The notes below the pieces were generated by a model that worked only from the letters and a program-made list of their open reading frames with translations, was not told the DNA's origin and searched no databases. Both the position numbers and the translations under genes were made by a program. Below, in pieces: positions 26,200-39,653 of a stretch of DNA of 64,000 nt. This DNA is from Eledone cirrhosa (Eukaryota): NCBI GenBank assembly GCA_964016885.1, contig OZ024743.1, forward strand, positions 343,418,001 through 343,482,000, given 5' to 3'. How positions within the stretch are numbered: the stretch's first letter is position 1; each line of letters opens with the position of its first letter.

Positions 26200-27245
26200 T
26201 GGAGAAGTAGTGGCTCTACCTGAAGCATGGGTTAACAAAGGATGCGTTCAGGCCTTAGGTAGAGGGGTCTGTTCAAAAAATATATTGGTCTTCATTTCAT
26301 GCTGCAAAAAACTGGCGATGGGCCTGCGACCAATCTTGGAAGGCATGGGATGAACGCACAAAGTTTGTGTATCCCGAGACCCCAAAAAGGGTTCTGAAGG
26401 GAGAAAACCTTCATAATTGGAATCTGGAACATCACAACCCTTACAGGTAAGGAGCAGGAACTAGTGGAGAAGGCTAGATGCTACTGGCTAGATATGGTCA
26501 GAGTTTCCTCAACAAAGTTCTGTGGCTCTGGTACTATAGATTTGGATGGAGGATGGAAACTTCACTATTCAGGTGTGGCACCAGAAATGACTGCACAGAG
26601 AGGAGAGGGGATACTCACAAGCCCTAGCTGAGACATCCATAAATATACAGAGTATAAGGGGACATAGATCAATAATTGATTTTGTTATTGTCTCTGATCT
26701 CTTCGATTCTGTGCTGGATGTTCATGTTATGAGAGGGACTGAGCTGCCAACTGATCACCATCTAGTTATCTGCAACTTGAGACTACCTAAAGCCAAAGAA
26801 GCCCACATGACTGGCAGGTCCAGATCGACCTACAGGATAAAGTGGGATGCATTGGTGAATAAGGAAGTCAGGATCAGGTATGCAGCAGATACTATTACAT
26901 CCAAATTGAAAGAACACCCTGAGCAAACTGAGGATATTGAAACTGAGTGGAGATTGTTCAGATCAGTAATTTCTGCTTCAGCTGTTAAATGCTGTAAACA
27001 AATGAGGCTTGGTGTGGTGTCAGATGGCAGGAGGACCCCTGGATTCAATCAAAAGGTCAAAGATGCCATTCGAACAGAGAAGGAGGTCTGGCTTGGAAAT
27101 AAGTCGTCCTTCTTGCACTTGCCATACATGCAGAATCACAGCAGAGAAGGCATCCAAAGTTAAGACATAGGAAGACTGTAGGGTTAAGCTGGAATCCAAC
27201 TTAAGATCAGCAAATAAAGTGTTCTGGCAGAACATCTACAGAATT
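26200..27245 (+). mobile_element. Decayed RTE LINE 5' part (endonuclease)
   Basis: IGIWNITTLTGKEQELVE and DVHVMRGTELPTDHHLV motifs. Confidence 0.75.
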
Positions 27246-28266
27246 TATAAAGAAAAATTCAATTATTAAATTATTTTATCTAGCATATTATTTGGTGTTG
27301 AATAAAGGAAAGGAGCTGATCCATTGCTGATACCATCTACCACTTACAACTCTTGACAGAAGCACCACTGCAAGATTTGGACTGGGAGTGTATAGAGCCT
27401 GAATAGATACTGTAATGCATCCTATCCAGCTCTTAACAATTCCACAAATCCACCATCCCTATTTATTTATTGGCTTTAAAAGGATGAAAGGCAAAGTTGA
27501 CCTTTGTAGGATTTAAACTCTGAGTATAGAGAGCTGGAACTAATATAAAGGCATTTAATCTAACCCTCTAAGAACTCTGCCAGTTCATCATATAAATAAA
27601 ATTCCAGATAAAATAGATATTGACTCTTTTGTTACCATATTTCTAATGAAAGACACTGCATATAACTTGCAAATAATTTTGAAAATATCAAGAATTTGCA
27701 AAGATTTAGTAATACAACTTACTTCCTAATTATTAAGATGTTTGCTACATAAATGTTCTTAATTTTTTAGATAAGTACACATACTTTAAAACAAGCAGTT
27801 TTGTATTGTAATACCAGGAAAAGCTTGAGCTAGTTTGGTATCTAAAAGGTTAAATATGTACCAGACCACTAACATATTTGTGGCCTGGTACCAATAACGT
27901 GGGATATTAATGTAATTGAACCTTTTGATACCAAACTGCTAGAATCCACTCCTGGTTCTATGACGAAAAACAAGTTTTAAAGGGTTCATATTCAAATATA
28001 AGTCTTCATCATTTTTTTGTAAAAACATTTAGTTATGTTCTAAACACCAACATAATAACAATAAAGTTAGTTGTATTACCAAATCCCTCCAATTTTTTTA
28101 TTTATTATTCTTAAAATTAATTGAAAATCATAGACAATATATCTCATTAGAAATGTGTTAATGAAAGGGTTAAATGCTTCATGCAAAATTAACCCTTTAG
28201 CATTCACATTAATTTGTCAAATATCATGTTTATCTATTCACATTATTTTCAGTTAATCATACTCAA

Positions 28267-28911
28267 GAGGGTTATCAATCATATTTGATTGTAATTTTCT
28301 TAATTTTCTATGTGCAGACTTGAAATTTTGTCAATAGATGTTTAAATATCAATAATTTACAATTATATATTTTTACCTGAATTTTTTTTTTGTTAAATTT
28401 GACTTTTATGGGCAGGTGAATTTAATTAACAGGTGTAAAAGTAATGACTTAATGGATAAACACAAAAAATTAAACTTTATCTGCCTTACCTGTAAGATGT
28501 GTTACAAAAAATATCCAACACAGACCTAGATGTTGACTTCCAACAATTTTATCACTTTTCCGAACAGGTGAATTAATTTAAAATGCAGGTATAAGTACAA
28601 GGTTTTATTTAGTCTTTCTCTACATTCCATGCAAATATTTTCATTGAAAAAATGGATAATACCTTTCACCAGTCAAAATAATATTGGCAATGTACTGAGT
28701 AGATCTATATAACAGAATGTGCCCAATATATAAGTTCATTAACAGGTGTGACAGGTGAATGCAGGTGTTTTTGTATATAATGTGTTCCAATATATTTTTT
28801 TAAATATTTTTTTCAATATTGTCAGGCAATATTTCTATCGGGAAATTGGCCAAAACACCCTTTACACTTTGCAAAAAGAACACATAAATGAGGTTTCAAT
28901 TTGATAACCTT
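28267..28911. mobile_element. Non-autonomous DNA transposon nested in a MITE
   Basis: Short TIRs AGGGTTATCAA / TTGATAACCT; the MITE starting at 28189 resumes near 29066. Confidence 0.45.
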
Positions 28912-29033
28912 TATCTGTATTTTAAATACTTTGTTTTTGGCATAATACTTGATATATAAGGGTCACTAAACCATATAATCAGTGCTCCAGTCATTCCAAC
29001 GTTAAAAAAACACGTGCTGTTACAAGCTGTTTC

Positions 29034-29294
29034 ATTATATTAAGTGTTAATTTTCACTGTAAAGGCCTATCTCGCAGTAACTTCGAATTGATGAGATTTT
29101 GATGACGGTATTGTTTATTTTTAGAACGATATTTTAGTGTTGGTGTTGTTGGCCAGATTGGGCTTATATTAAGTGTTAATTTTCACTGTAAAGGCCTATC
29201 TCGCAGTAACTTCGAATTGATGAGATTTTGATGACGGTATTGTTTATTTTTAGAACGATATTTTAGTGTTGGTGTTGTTGGCCAGATTGGGCTG
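29034..29294. repeat. ~130-bp tandem duplication
   Basis: Two near-identical adjacent copies TTATATTAAGTG...GCCAGATTGGGCT. Confidence 0.9.
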
Positions 29295-29365
29295 GTTTGA
29301 ACAAATAAAGGGGAAATAATTTCGACCGGTTTGGGCCATATTGAAAGCTAAAGGGTAGCACAGAC

Positions 29366-29527
29366 CTTTTAGGTGAACTGACTTTATTCAGTACTTCCCA
29401 AGGAACACAATCAGGACTGTGGCAATACTCTCTAAGATGTTCCAAAGCAATTTTTGTTTCCACTGCCCCTTGAGTAATATATTCTTCCTCTGTTAAAAAC
29501 CTGTGTTGTGGTGGGAAAAATTTATAC
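29366..29527 (-). CDS. NEMP1: NEMP1-like exon 7
   Basis: Acceptor TTTTTTTAG, donor GTCTGT, 162 nt; RFLTEEEYITQGAVETKIALEHLREYCHSPDCVPWEVLNKVSSPKR, the hallmark NEMP C-terminal motif. Confidence 0.95.
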
Positions 29528-29741
29528 CTAAAAAAAGAAAATAATCAAAAGACAAGATTAAACACATAATCACAATCGTTTTTTTGCTTTCTGTTCCTTG
29601 CTAGCATTGGTTGGAGACTTCTTGAGGCATTTTTTCTACAACTGGTTGCTTTTCCTAATGCCAACCCATACTTTATCATTTTTAAGTATGGTATATATTG
29701 CTGATGTTAGTTAAGGTGCTAAACTATGGGACATAGTAATT

Positions 29742-30951
29742 ATGAAGGCCTTTGATAGGGTACCCCGATCTGTCATCTGGTGGTCCCTAAGGAAGCTAGG
29801 TGTTGAGGAATGGCTTGTGAGGACAGTGCAAACTTTGTACAGAGGTACTCTCAGTAAAGTCAGGGTAGGAATGGAGTTTAGTGAGGAATTCCAGATACAA
29901 GTAGGAGTACATCAGGGCTCGGTCCTCAGCCCGCTCTTGTTCATTATAGTCCTCCAAGCCATAACAGAGGAGTTTAAGACTGGCTGTCCATGGGAACTTC
30001 TCTATGCTGACGATCTGGTTCTTATAGCAGAATCAGTAGAGGAGCTAGAGAAGAAATTCTGGCTATGGAAACAGCAGTTGGAAGCAAGAGAACTGAGAGT
30101 GAACCTAGCTAAGACAAAAGTGTTGATGAGTAGAAAAGAGGACAAAACCCTGATTCCGTCAGGGAAATGGCCATGTTCGATATGCAGAAAAGGAACTGGC
30201 ATAAATTCTATAAAATGCACACAATGCAGATCCTGGGTACACAAGAGATGTAGCGGGATAGCAGGCAAACTAACAGGTAGGGAGAAATATGTATGCAGTA
30301 GATGTACAGGGAAATTAGACAGTAGAAGTCGCATTGATAGACACATTTTTCAAATGCAGGAGGGCGCTATAGAAGTGGTGGATAGCTTCCGGTACCTAGG
30401 AGATCAGATTAGCATGGGAGGAGGGTGTTCCGAGGCCATAGTATCTAGAATAAGGACGGGTTGGAAGAAGTTTAGGGAGCTGCTTCCTCTGTTGACGAAG
30501 AAGGGTTTCTCCCTGCGTACGAAAGGCCGGTTGTATGATGCCTGTGTGAGGAGCGCGATGCTGCATGGTAGTGAGACATGAGCAGCAACTGCAGAGGATA
30601 TGCGACGGCTGGAGAGAAATGAGGCAAGCATACTCCGTTGGATGTGCAGTGTAAATGTGCGTGAACGACCCAGCATAAATGTGTTGAGAGGGATAGAATG
30701 TAGTGTACGGGAGAGGAGACTGAGGTGGTATGGACATGTGATGCGCATGGAGGATGACCGATGGGTGAAGAAGTGCCAGGAAATGCCAGTTGAAGGAAGA
30801 CGTGGTAGAGGTAGACCACGAAAAACATGGGCGGAGGTGGTGAGAACAGACCTCAGATCATTGAAGCTCACGGTGGAGAGATGCTGTGCTGAATAAGACC
30901 CGTCCCACCCTTGCAAGCAGGGAAAAGCGGACGTAAAATGATGATGATGAT
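29742..30951 (+). mobile_element. Young 5'-truncated RTE LINE; RT with embedded PHD finger
   Basis: KAFDRVP, GVHQGSVLSP and LYADD motifs; C4HC3 pattern CSIC...CTQC...H..C...CSRC; one stop (TGA at 30579); (GAT)n tail. Confidence 0.93.
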
Positions 30952-31224
30952 AAAGAAACATTACTGTTTGCTTTTTAAGCAGTGTAAATATCGAGATACC
31001 TGTAGCAACAGAGTCTCTCCCTCTCTCTCTTTCACACACACACATATATACAAAAATATATATTTTATCATAGCTGTGAAGCTATACCATTCTTTTATTC
31101 TTTGACTTGCTTCAGAGATTAAATTGTGACTATGCTGGGGCACCACCTTGAAGAAATTTAGTTCATCATATTGACCCCAATACTTATTTTTTCAAGTCTG
31201 GTTCTTATTTTATTGATTTCTTTT

Positions 31225-31540
31225 CCTTCAAACAAGGACAACACTTTATAGTTAAACACAATTTCACATGTGCATCAGAAAACCTGATCAGGTTGTCGAG
31301 AGCACTACATAGGACAGACCAAAAACAGCCTCCGACAACGTATGACTGTCTACAGATCCGGGAATATAGAAAGATAGCACTGAGTGAACACATTACAACT
31401 TGCGCATCTAATGAATAACCCAATTTTAGAATTTTTCCTATCTACAAATTTAAAGACAACGCTTCTTACATCCAGTGCATTAGCAAGGAATCACAATTTA
31501 TCGCCACATACGAACACCTTCTAAATGCTTCCACTTCAGA
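31225..31540 (+). mobile_element. Penelope-like element GIY-YIG endonuclease fragment
   Basis: Reads KHNFTCASENLI../GCREHYIGQTKNSLRQRMTV../ALSEHITTC..FRIFPIYK across frameshifts. Confidence 0.75.
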
Positions 31541-32200
31541 CTAAACTAAAGCTAGCACACTTTAAAATTAACCCTATAGCAATGTATCCTTCTCCAAGAT
31601 TCCAGCAACCTCTGACAACTATATAATGAAGACCAAGCAACCGTATAGAAACACCCACATCAGCTAGTCCTGGAGGGCTTCCAAGTAGATAATCGGATAA
31701 ATGGAAGCATTCAGGTGTCAAACTAAATGCTTTACATTCCCCTGAATCTGGAAGTTTCTGCTGAAGATAGAATGGGCATTCCAATGGTTCTGAACCCCTT
31801 TTTGTGGCAAAATTTTCTCCATTCCCCTAAATCTGAAATTTCTGCTAGGGATGGAATTAGTATTTCAATAACTGTGAATCTTCTTTGTGGCAAAAACACA
31901 AGGTCAATGTTGATGTTTTTGTCTAAGAAAAAATACCAAGATAGATATTTAACACCCCCCCCCAGTTAACTCTAAGGTCACCCAGCCTTTCAAACCAATC
32001 CCAGCTGGAACTTGTGCCCACTCCTCAAAGCAGCCAGCCAACACTTCTCCTTCCTCCCCTCCTACTACCTGTCACAACCAAGCTATAAGCAGAGTAGGAT
32101 GGACAGAGAAATTACCTATCTTCTCTGAATGAACCTGTATGTGAAAATTAATTTTTCTTCCCCTTTTTATTTTCATTTTCTTCATTATTATTATTACTAT

Positions 32201-32398
32201 AAGGGCGGTGGATTGGCAGTATTGGTAGAGGGTCGGATGCCATGTTTTGACGCATAGAGTTACGGCCCTTGCCATTCTGAGTTCAAATCCCGCCGAGGTA
32301 AACTTTGCCTTTCATCCTTACGGGGTCGATAAAATAAAGTACCAGTAATGTACTGGGTAATTGCTGGCCTTGTGCCAAAAGTAGAAACAATTATTATT
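32201..32398 (+). mobile_element. Short tRNA-derived SINE with a Meta/MESC-like core; other copies at ~1573, 6563, 20262, 20431, 21620, 38963, 57206, 57327, 62181
   Basis: GGCGGTGGATTGGCAG head, GTTCAAATCC B-box, GCCTTTCATCCTTACGGGGTCGATAAAATAAAGTACC core, AAACAATTATT tail, flanking direct repeats. Confidence 0.85.
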
Positions 32399-33559
32399 AT
32401 CACTATTTGTACAAATATGCAACTTAACAATATTCTGCATATCCGCAATTGACAATGCATTTAATGCTGAAAGCGGTATTGTAAATAAATTAATATTTTG
32501 ATATCTCACTGAAAAAAATCTCTTCAACATTTTCTACTGAAAGAATCTTTTTCTATTCTACTATTTGTTTTTATATATATCAACTCGTGTGTTACTTTTC
32601 TACATTTGATAATTTTATATATATATATAATGTAAGGTTTCAACCAAGAATGCAAATAAATATTACATAGGAGCCACTCCTAACATTTAAAAAAATGAAT
32701 TTTATGAACACATAAGCTCGTTTAGAAATGAGATTAAGAAACACTATGTCAGATGCAGAATTCATCTGGGCTTTACACAATTCAAAGGAAAAGTATGATT
32801 TAAGCTGGTCCATTAAAGTAGGGTGAGTGGGAATTTGATTCCCATCAAAGGTTTAGAGATATGTTTGATTTATAACCCTCTCCTTAACTGGAGATAGGGA
32901 AATTATTATATTATGCTTGTAAATATTCTCTAGTCTGGTTTGTGATCCAACTTAGTAAAGCTTATCTCATAATTCAGACAGCAGATTCTTTCTAACTCTT
33001 AATGCTTTGTTTACTAATATTGGCGTTAGTATTAAACAGACAATTTTTCAGAATATAGGGATAAAATACAACTCTCTGATATAGAACTTTACTAGAGCAA
33101 CACCTTAGGAATAAGAGAAAAAATGTATCCACTGCACCTAGAATAAATTGGCATAATAAGTTAACTCCTCACATCATTAAGTGTTTTTTGGCAGTAGTAG
33201 TTTGGTACAAGACTGACCTCAACCTATACAATTCTCCCCGCTACTGCCCTAACACCACATTTCTCCATTGAACTTAGTTATTTTTTCTAATTCTTTTTAA
33301 ACTTCTTGTCAACTCTAATTTTTTAGACACAAGAATCTAAATAACTTTCTTTTGTCCAAGACTTTCTTGTCTCCTGATAAAGAAGTGGTGGAGATAATAA
33401 ATAATTTGACATTAAGACCTGTAGATAGCTCCTCTTTCAAATGTAGATAGTTAAAAAATACCAGGATGATAGCTAAGCAGTTTGCATACTAATTTCTTGT
33501 CCCTACCTCTTCTATTCATACTTTTCTTTTGTACCTCTCACACTACGTATACTTATCTT

Positions 33560-35660
33560 CTTATATTCTTTTTTGGATATTTGTATGCTTATTTGTTATC
33601 ATGCCTCAGTTATTCAGTTGTTCAAGGTTGAATTTAGGATTACCCTTGAATTGGGGATTACCTAGACATTCAAAAGTCTTTCCAATTAGAATTGAGTAAT
33701 CAATTTTCTAGTTTGTAAGAACCAGAAAAACTGTATCAAGACATCATCAAACAACTCAAGATGCAATAGTGAAAAATCTTTTTTCTAATGATCTCACACA
33801 CTCTAAATGGATGTCCCAGGAAACCGAAGCAGCTATTAAAAACAAACACAAAATCAGTGTAGATATAGTAGCAATATCAACAATACTGGGTAGTCAAAGC
33901 TGAATCTAAAAAGCTGGTTAAGAAAGGCAACTTAACCCTTTAGTATTTAAACTGGCTGTATCCAGCCAGAATTCTCTCACCTCTTTCTGTTCGAACCGGC
34001 TGTAACTGGCCACTCATACTGATGTTAAGGTATTATTCTCAAATTAAATAATATCAAAATCTCATAGATTCGATATTATGTGAGATAAAGCCTTTACCAC
34101 GAAAATTCAATAGCATATATAGAGTAATGTAAATGCTAAAGAGTTAAAGCAGATAGAGTAGCATGTCAAATTCCTTAGCATTCTACCACCTCATAAGCAG
34201 TATTATGCTGCTCTGAAAAAGTTAAAAGCGAAAACAAAGAATATAAACTGGAGTATAAAAGACCATGATGCCAATTTATTGACCAGCAAAGATATCTTAG
34301 ATTGCTGGTTCAAATTTTACAAAGAACTCTACTTTGATGACTCTCTTGAAACTTCTATTGTTGATGCAAGATATGATCCCATTCCACTTATTCTAAAATT
34401 AGAAATGGAATATAAAATCAAAAACTTGAAAATCAGTAAAAATCCAGGATTAGATAACATCTACTCAGAATAGCTGAAAGTAGGTGGAGGAACCTTAGTG
34501 AATGCTTTATTACAATCAAATACTAATCACTAGCTCAATACCTCAAGCTTTTAAAGAAGTGCTTATTGTGGATATAGCAGATAGCCAACTGGATTGTGAC
34601 AATTACCATCCAATCAGCTTCATAAGTCATATTTATAAACTGTTTATTAGCATTGCTTCATGTGTTAAAGATAATCTCTTTGCTTATTTTCCTACATCTC
34701 AAGTAACATATAAACCTGGTAAAGGTACTGTTGAATAAATAATTGCTTTGAAAAATCAATTGAATTTAACAATCCAGTGTATACAGCTTTCACCAAAGCT
34801 TTTGATAATGTAAAGTGGCTACTGTACTTTCGGAAAACAAAAGCAGAATGCAACTTGGGTTTCTCTATCAATGGCCAGCTACAGTCAAATCTGAGGTGTG
34901 CCAATGACATAGCTGCTGTAAACAGTTCTAGTCAAGATCTGCAAAAGTATCTTAATACTCTAGCTAGACATACAGCAGAAATTGGGCTTTTTGTAAAAGT
35001 CTTAAAAACTACATGTATGTCAACAGATAAGAATAATCAACCTCTACACCTTACAATATATGATTAACACATACAAGTTTCAGAATTTGTCCATCTAGGT
35101 TATAAACTGTCAAGCACAAATGATGGTTCTGTTGTCATAGAATAAACTTAGGCTGGGCAGCTTTTAAGAAAAATAAGGAACATTTAACCTCAAAATGGAT
35201 CCCACTTTATATCAAACCTAAAATCAACAATTCATATATCCTAGCTGTCATCCTTTATGGTCTTGAATGTGTGAACTGGACCTCAGGTGTGATTAGTAAA
35301 ATCGAGACCTTTGAAGACCATATTATGAGGTTCAATACAAACCACTCAACCATATAAAAATTGTGGATTTACTAGAAGCTGCTAAACTAATTCCCATAAT
35401 GTACATCATCAAAAGCAAAGTCCTGAAGCTTGGTCATGTAAAACATTCACAAAAAAAAAAGTCTTCCTAAAATCTCTATGGAAAGTATGGTTCAAGATGA
35501 AAGAAATCGAGGTAGGCCACCAAGACAGAGACGAGACAGTGTCTATAAATGGTTTGGTCTAAATTTATATGAACTAAACAAAGCAATGCAAAATAGGAAA
35601 CTTTGGAAAGAAATATGTCTGTTAGTGCACAATCTGTTGCAGACAAAGACAGCAAATAAT
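33560..35660 (+). mobile_element. Decayed RTE-like LINE
   Basis: KNPGLDNIYSE, NYHPISFISHIYKLF, FTKAFDNV, NLRCANDI and RNRGRPPRQ fragments. Confidence 0.8.
33932..34147. mobile_element. ~200-bp TTAA-flanked piggyBac-type MITE; other copies at 5064, 7379, 22938, 38243-39249 (interrupted), 41860
   Basis: TTAA-CCCTTTAG...CTAAAGAG-TTAA termini; multiple similar copies in the window. Confidence 0.85.
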
Positions 35661-38298
35661 GATTGTTCTCATGAGTTTGCCAGCAAATCATGTATTTCCT
35701 TGCTTTATTGTCCTTTTCTCATTATTGCTCTCTGGAATATATGATTTTATTATTTTCCTATTGTGTATTTTTATTTTTATTATATTCTCTTATTTTACAA
35801 TTTCGATAACTCTTTTGAAAAACCCAGAGAGCAAGCATAATCACAGAAACAAGGATAGGAGCAATAAGGTTATGTCACTTAATCTCTGTACACACATATA
35901 CACACATACATATTTACTTGTTTACATATATTTTAACTATCCTTTCAAGTGGAAGTTGGGTTTTTGCTATTTTAGTATTTACATATGGTTTCTTTGAGCA
36001 AATATTTTTACAGCTGGCTACTTTTTCGACAATCACAACTCAACTGGTAACACCTATCAAACAGCACAGCTTTCACTCCCATATGGTCTAGTAGAACAAG
36101 TGGTTATGTGGTCACTTCAACATCTCTTCTGTGTCATGGTATTGATTTCAGTCAATGGAATCTGGCAATGTTGAGCCATCAACTTCAAATGTATATTTTA
36201 TCATATCAAGTTTAATACAGTATTTATTTTATTAACTTCAGGAGGTTGCAAGACAGAGTCAATCTAGTGGAATTGATTGAAACATAAAGTGACAACCAAC
36301 TACCAAAAGTATTTTTGTCCAATACTCTACCAATTTTACTGGTATTTGCTATCCTCATAATGAAATCCAAACTTTACTTTCTATGCTTTTACTCTTTTGC
36401 TGGTTTCAGGAATTTTCAGTAGATTTCCTGTAGCACAACAGAAGTAACAGTAGCAACTATTGCTACCAGTTAGCTACACTGTTGAAAAACAAGTGACAAA
36501 CAAGTGAAGAAGCTCAAAGCTATTTTTCTTCCTTTCTATCTATTCTTATTTTTTACAGCTTAAACAGGGATGGAAGGAAAATGCTCATGACTCTTTTCAG
36601 GGCCCTTGAGAAAAGTGTAAGTGGAAAAGTATTTTCAAACCAGAGACCCAGCACAAATGCTTGCAATAGAGTGGACTATTGCAATGACAGCAAACAGGCA
36701 AAAGATTGCGTTAAAATGGGCAACCGATTAAATTTACCACCCAAGTAGGTTACAGTGGGATTTGAACTAAGAACATGTTTATAACTGTTAATAGAATTGT
36801 GTTCATTCTTTAATAACACATGTCTAATAACACATGTCTAAAAGGAAAAAGCTGTTCCTCATATATATGACTATGTATATATATAATCATCATCATCGTC
36901 ATTTAACGTCCATCTTCCATGCTAGCATGGGTTATATATATATATTCCTTCTATGACCCAATCGAGTTGGACGAAGGTCACCACTTGTGGAAACAGGAAA
37001 TGAAGAAGCAAAAATTAGACTAATTGACACACTTTTCAGTTGGTATGTAAATGTATGACAGTGTTACAACCATCAAAGACAATCACAAGCAATGTAAATG
37101 ACTAATTCTGACTACCAAATCTTATGGGTATATGTAGCTTAGTGGTTAATGCACCAAGGTATCAACTAGTAAGCATAGGTTTGATACCCTCAATGACTAC
37201 ACCCAAATTATTTATATATATGTCATTTCCATTTGCATATATTCCTAGGTTTAGTCTCTCCTGTTACTACCTGCCATTACTGTTCATTTTTATTACTCTT
37301 TCCAACACTGTCACCATTTCACCACTTCCAATTACTCCCTTTTCTCCTATCATACTCTCATTCCCTTCACCCATTTACACTGGTGTTTCTCTCATTGCTC
37401 TCTCTTTTCTATGCACTCTTGGCAACAACACCTTGAATGAATGGAGGTAATGTTCAGTAGTGAGTATTATTTAGTCTTGTGAGATTCAAGGCAACATTAT
37501 CCGTGAGTGGATGTAATGTTAAAATACACCCAATGCACTCTATAAAATGGTTGGTAAATGAGAGGAGATAACATAGGGTCGAAAAGATCCTCTAGTCTTA
37601 CTGAGGACATGACAATCTCTCTACTGTTGGTGTCAAAATGTACCCAGTACACTCTGTAAAGCATCAATCCATAGAAATCATGGCACAAATGTAACATATG
37701 AGTGATATGTGGTCCTCTGATTTGTCTAGGTGGGAAATAATGAATAAGAACCAACTCAAACTATGACTTGTTCAACCTATGCCAGCTGTTAAACATGTTT
37801 TCTTCATTTCATCTTAGATATATCACATACAGACAATCATTCTAAAGGTATTTTCCCTGCTAAAACATGGACTAGCCATGCAGTCTCCTTGCCAAACTTC
37901 TTCATTTTGCCCTTTCACTTTCATCTCCTCCTTACCAATCCCTTGGCGTTCATTTCTATCTTTAATCACATCTTTCTTATTCCATCTACATTAATTTCCA
38001 TCATTCCTCTCACTCAGTTACTTTCATCCTTCATCAATACATGACCCAGCTATCACATTCCATTTCTCTTCACAACATTTATCATTGGGTCTATTTCTAT
38101 CATCCTCTCACTCAGTCACTTTCATTCTTCAATACACGAGCCAGCTATTACATTTAATTTCTCATCACTGGTTCTATTTCCATAATCCACAGCAAATCAT
38201 ATATGTCCTATCTATTAAAAAAACAAGCACACAAAGATTACATTAATCCTTTATCATTTAAACCGGCTATAACTATCCACTCATATATATGTTAAGGT

Positions 38299-38917
38299 TT
38301 TAACAGGATGGTTTTTAGAGTAGATGTATCACCACGAAGAATTGAGGTTAGGCTGTAAGTCTCAGGTTCTGTTGCTGCTGTGATAATACCTCTGGAAGGA
38401 ATCCTTCCATATCACATTTAAAGGCATTGCTGTGGTAACAGCATCACAAGACTATACAATGTTTTTATGTTAGTTATATCGACAACGAGTAACATGATAA
38501 TAATGTCAACAAGAAGAATGTTCGTGAGATGAAATGTATGTTTATTTGTTGTAGTGAGAAAGAGACAAAGTTAATCACTAAGTAAATGCTTGTTGAATTG
38601 GATAGTTAAGGTTAACAATATAAAGGTTATAAAAGGAATGTGGCATTGTGCCAGGCCCAAGGAAGGCCGGCAGGCCAAAGTGCAAATCTCACCGTTACAT
38701 TGTTTGTGTTGGTCCTTCGGCGTTCAAGCAGCAAGAGAATAAGTGATCTTTACATTAGCATGGTCAGGATGCAAGAGACAGATTTCTCAAATCAACGCGG
38801 CAATTTTTCCCTCAGGGTGCGTAGGGATACATTCTCTTCTACTGGTGCTGATTGGCTGAGCTAAGCCAAATCACGCACAGAGAATGTATGTGAGCCCGCG
38901 GAATGTAGGTCACTACA
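38299..38917. mobile_element. Probable solo LTR (619 bp) inserted in a MITE, TSD AGGT
   Basis: MITE sequence resumes exactly across the insert; ends T(T)TAAC...CTACA (degenerate TG..CA); 4-bp duplication. Confidence 0.6.
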
Positions 38918-39312
38918 AGGTGTTGTTCTCAAAATAAATATCAAAATCTCGTAAATTTGATATAATTGTTTCTACTTTAGGCACAAGGCCAGCAATTATC
39001 CAGTACATTACTGGTACTTTATTTTATCAACCCCGTAAGGATGAAAGGCAAAGTTAACCTCGGCGGGATTTGAACTCAGACTGTAAAGGGACGTAACTAT
39101 GCTAGAAAGCATGGCATCCAACCCTCTACCGATACTGCCAATTCACCGCCCGTAAATTTGATATAATGTGAGATAATTATGTGAGGTAAAAGCCTTTACC
39201 GGGAAAATATAATAGTATATATAGAGTAATGTAAATGCAAAAGGGTTAGACAAAATTTTACAAAAAAAATCTTTGAAAAGAAAAATAAACCAAGAAAAAA
39301 TGCTTTACTTAC

Positions 39313-39653
39313 TTTAGACGTTTATATAAACTGTCTATACATTTTGGTCGATTATGAACTACAAGGATGGCAATGATAACAGCAGCAGAAACTTCCGCAA
39401 GTTGAGTTCCATTAAATACTAAAAACAAACCAATAGCTTGTAGAATCCAACATAAAATCTTTTTAGACCGATGGTCAGTGACTGGGCCAAATCGATAGGA
39501 TAAAAAAAATGAGAGCACACCAGTAACTGTTAGGTAGACTAGAAGTGAAATCCAATATTCTTTGGTTAACATGAAAATATTTTGGTAAAACCAATGAACT
39601 GTATAAAGTAATCCAGATAATCCAGAGATAATGAAAGCAGCTGTAACAACTTT
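39313..39653 (-). CDS. NEMP1: NEMP1-like exon 6
   Basis: Acceptor TTTCAG, donor GTAAGT, 341 nt; multi-TM segment with YRFGPVTDHRSKKILCWILQ. Confidence 0.92.
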
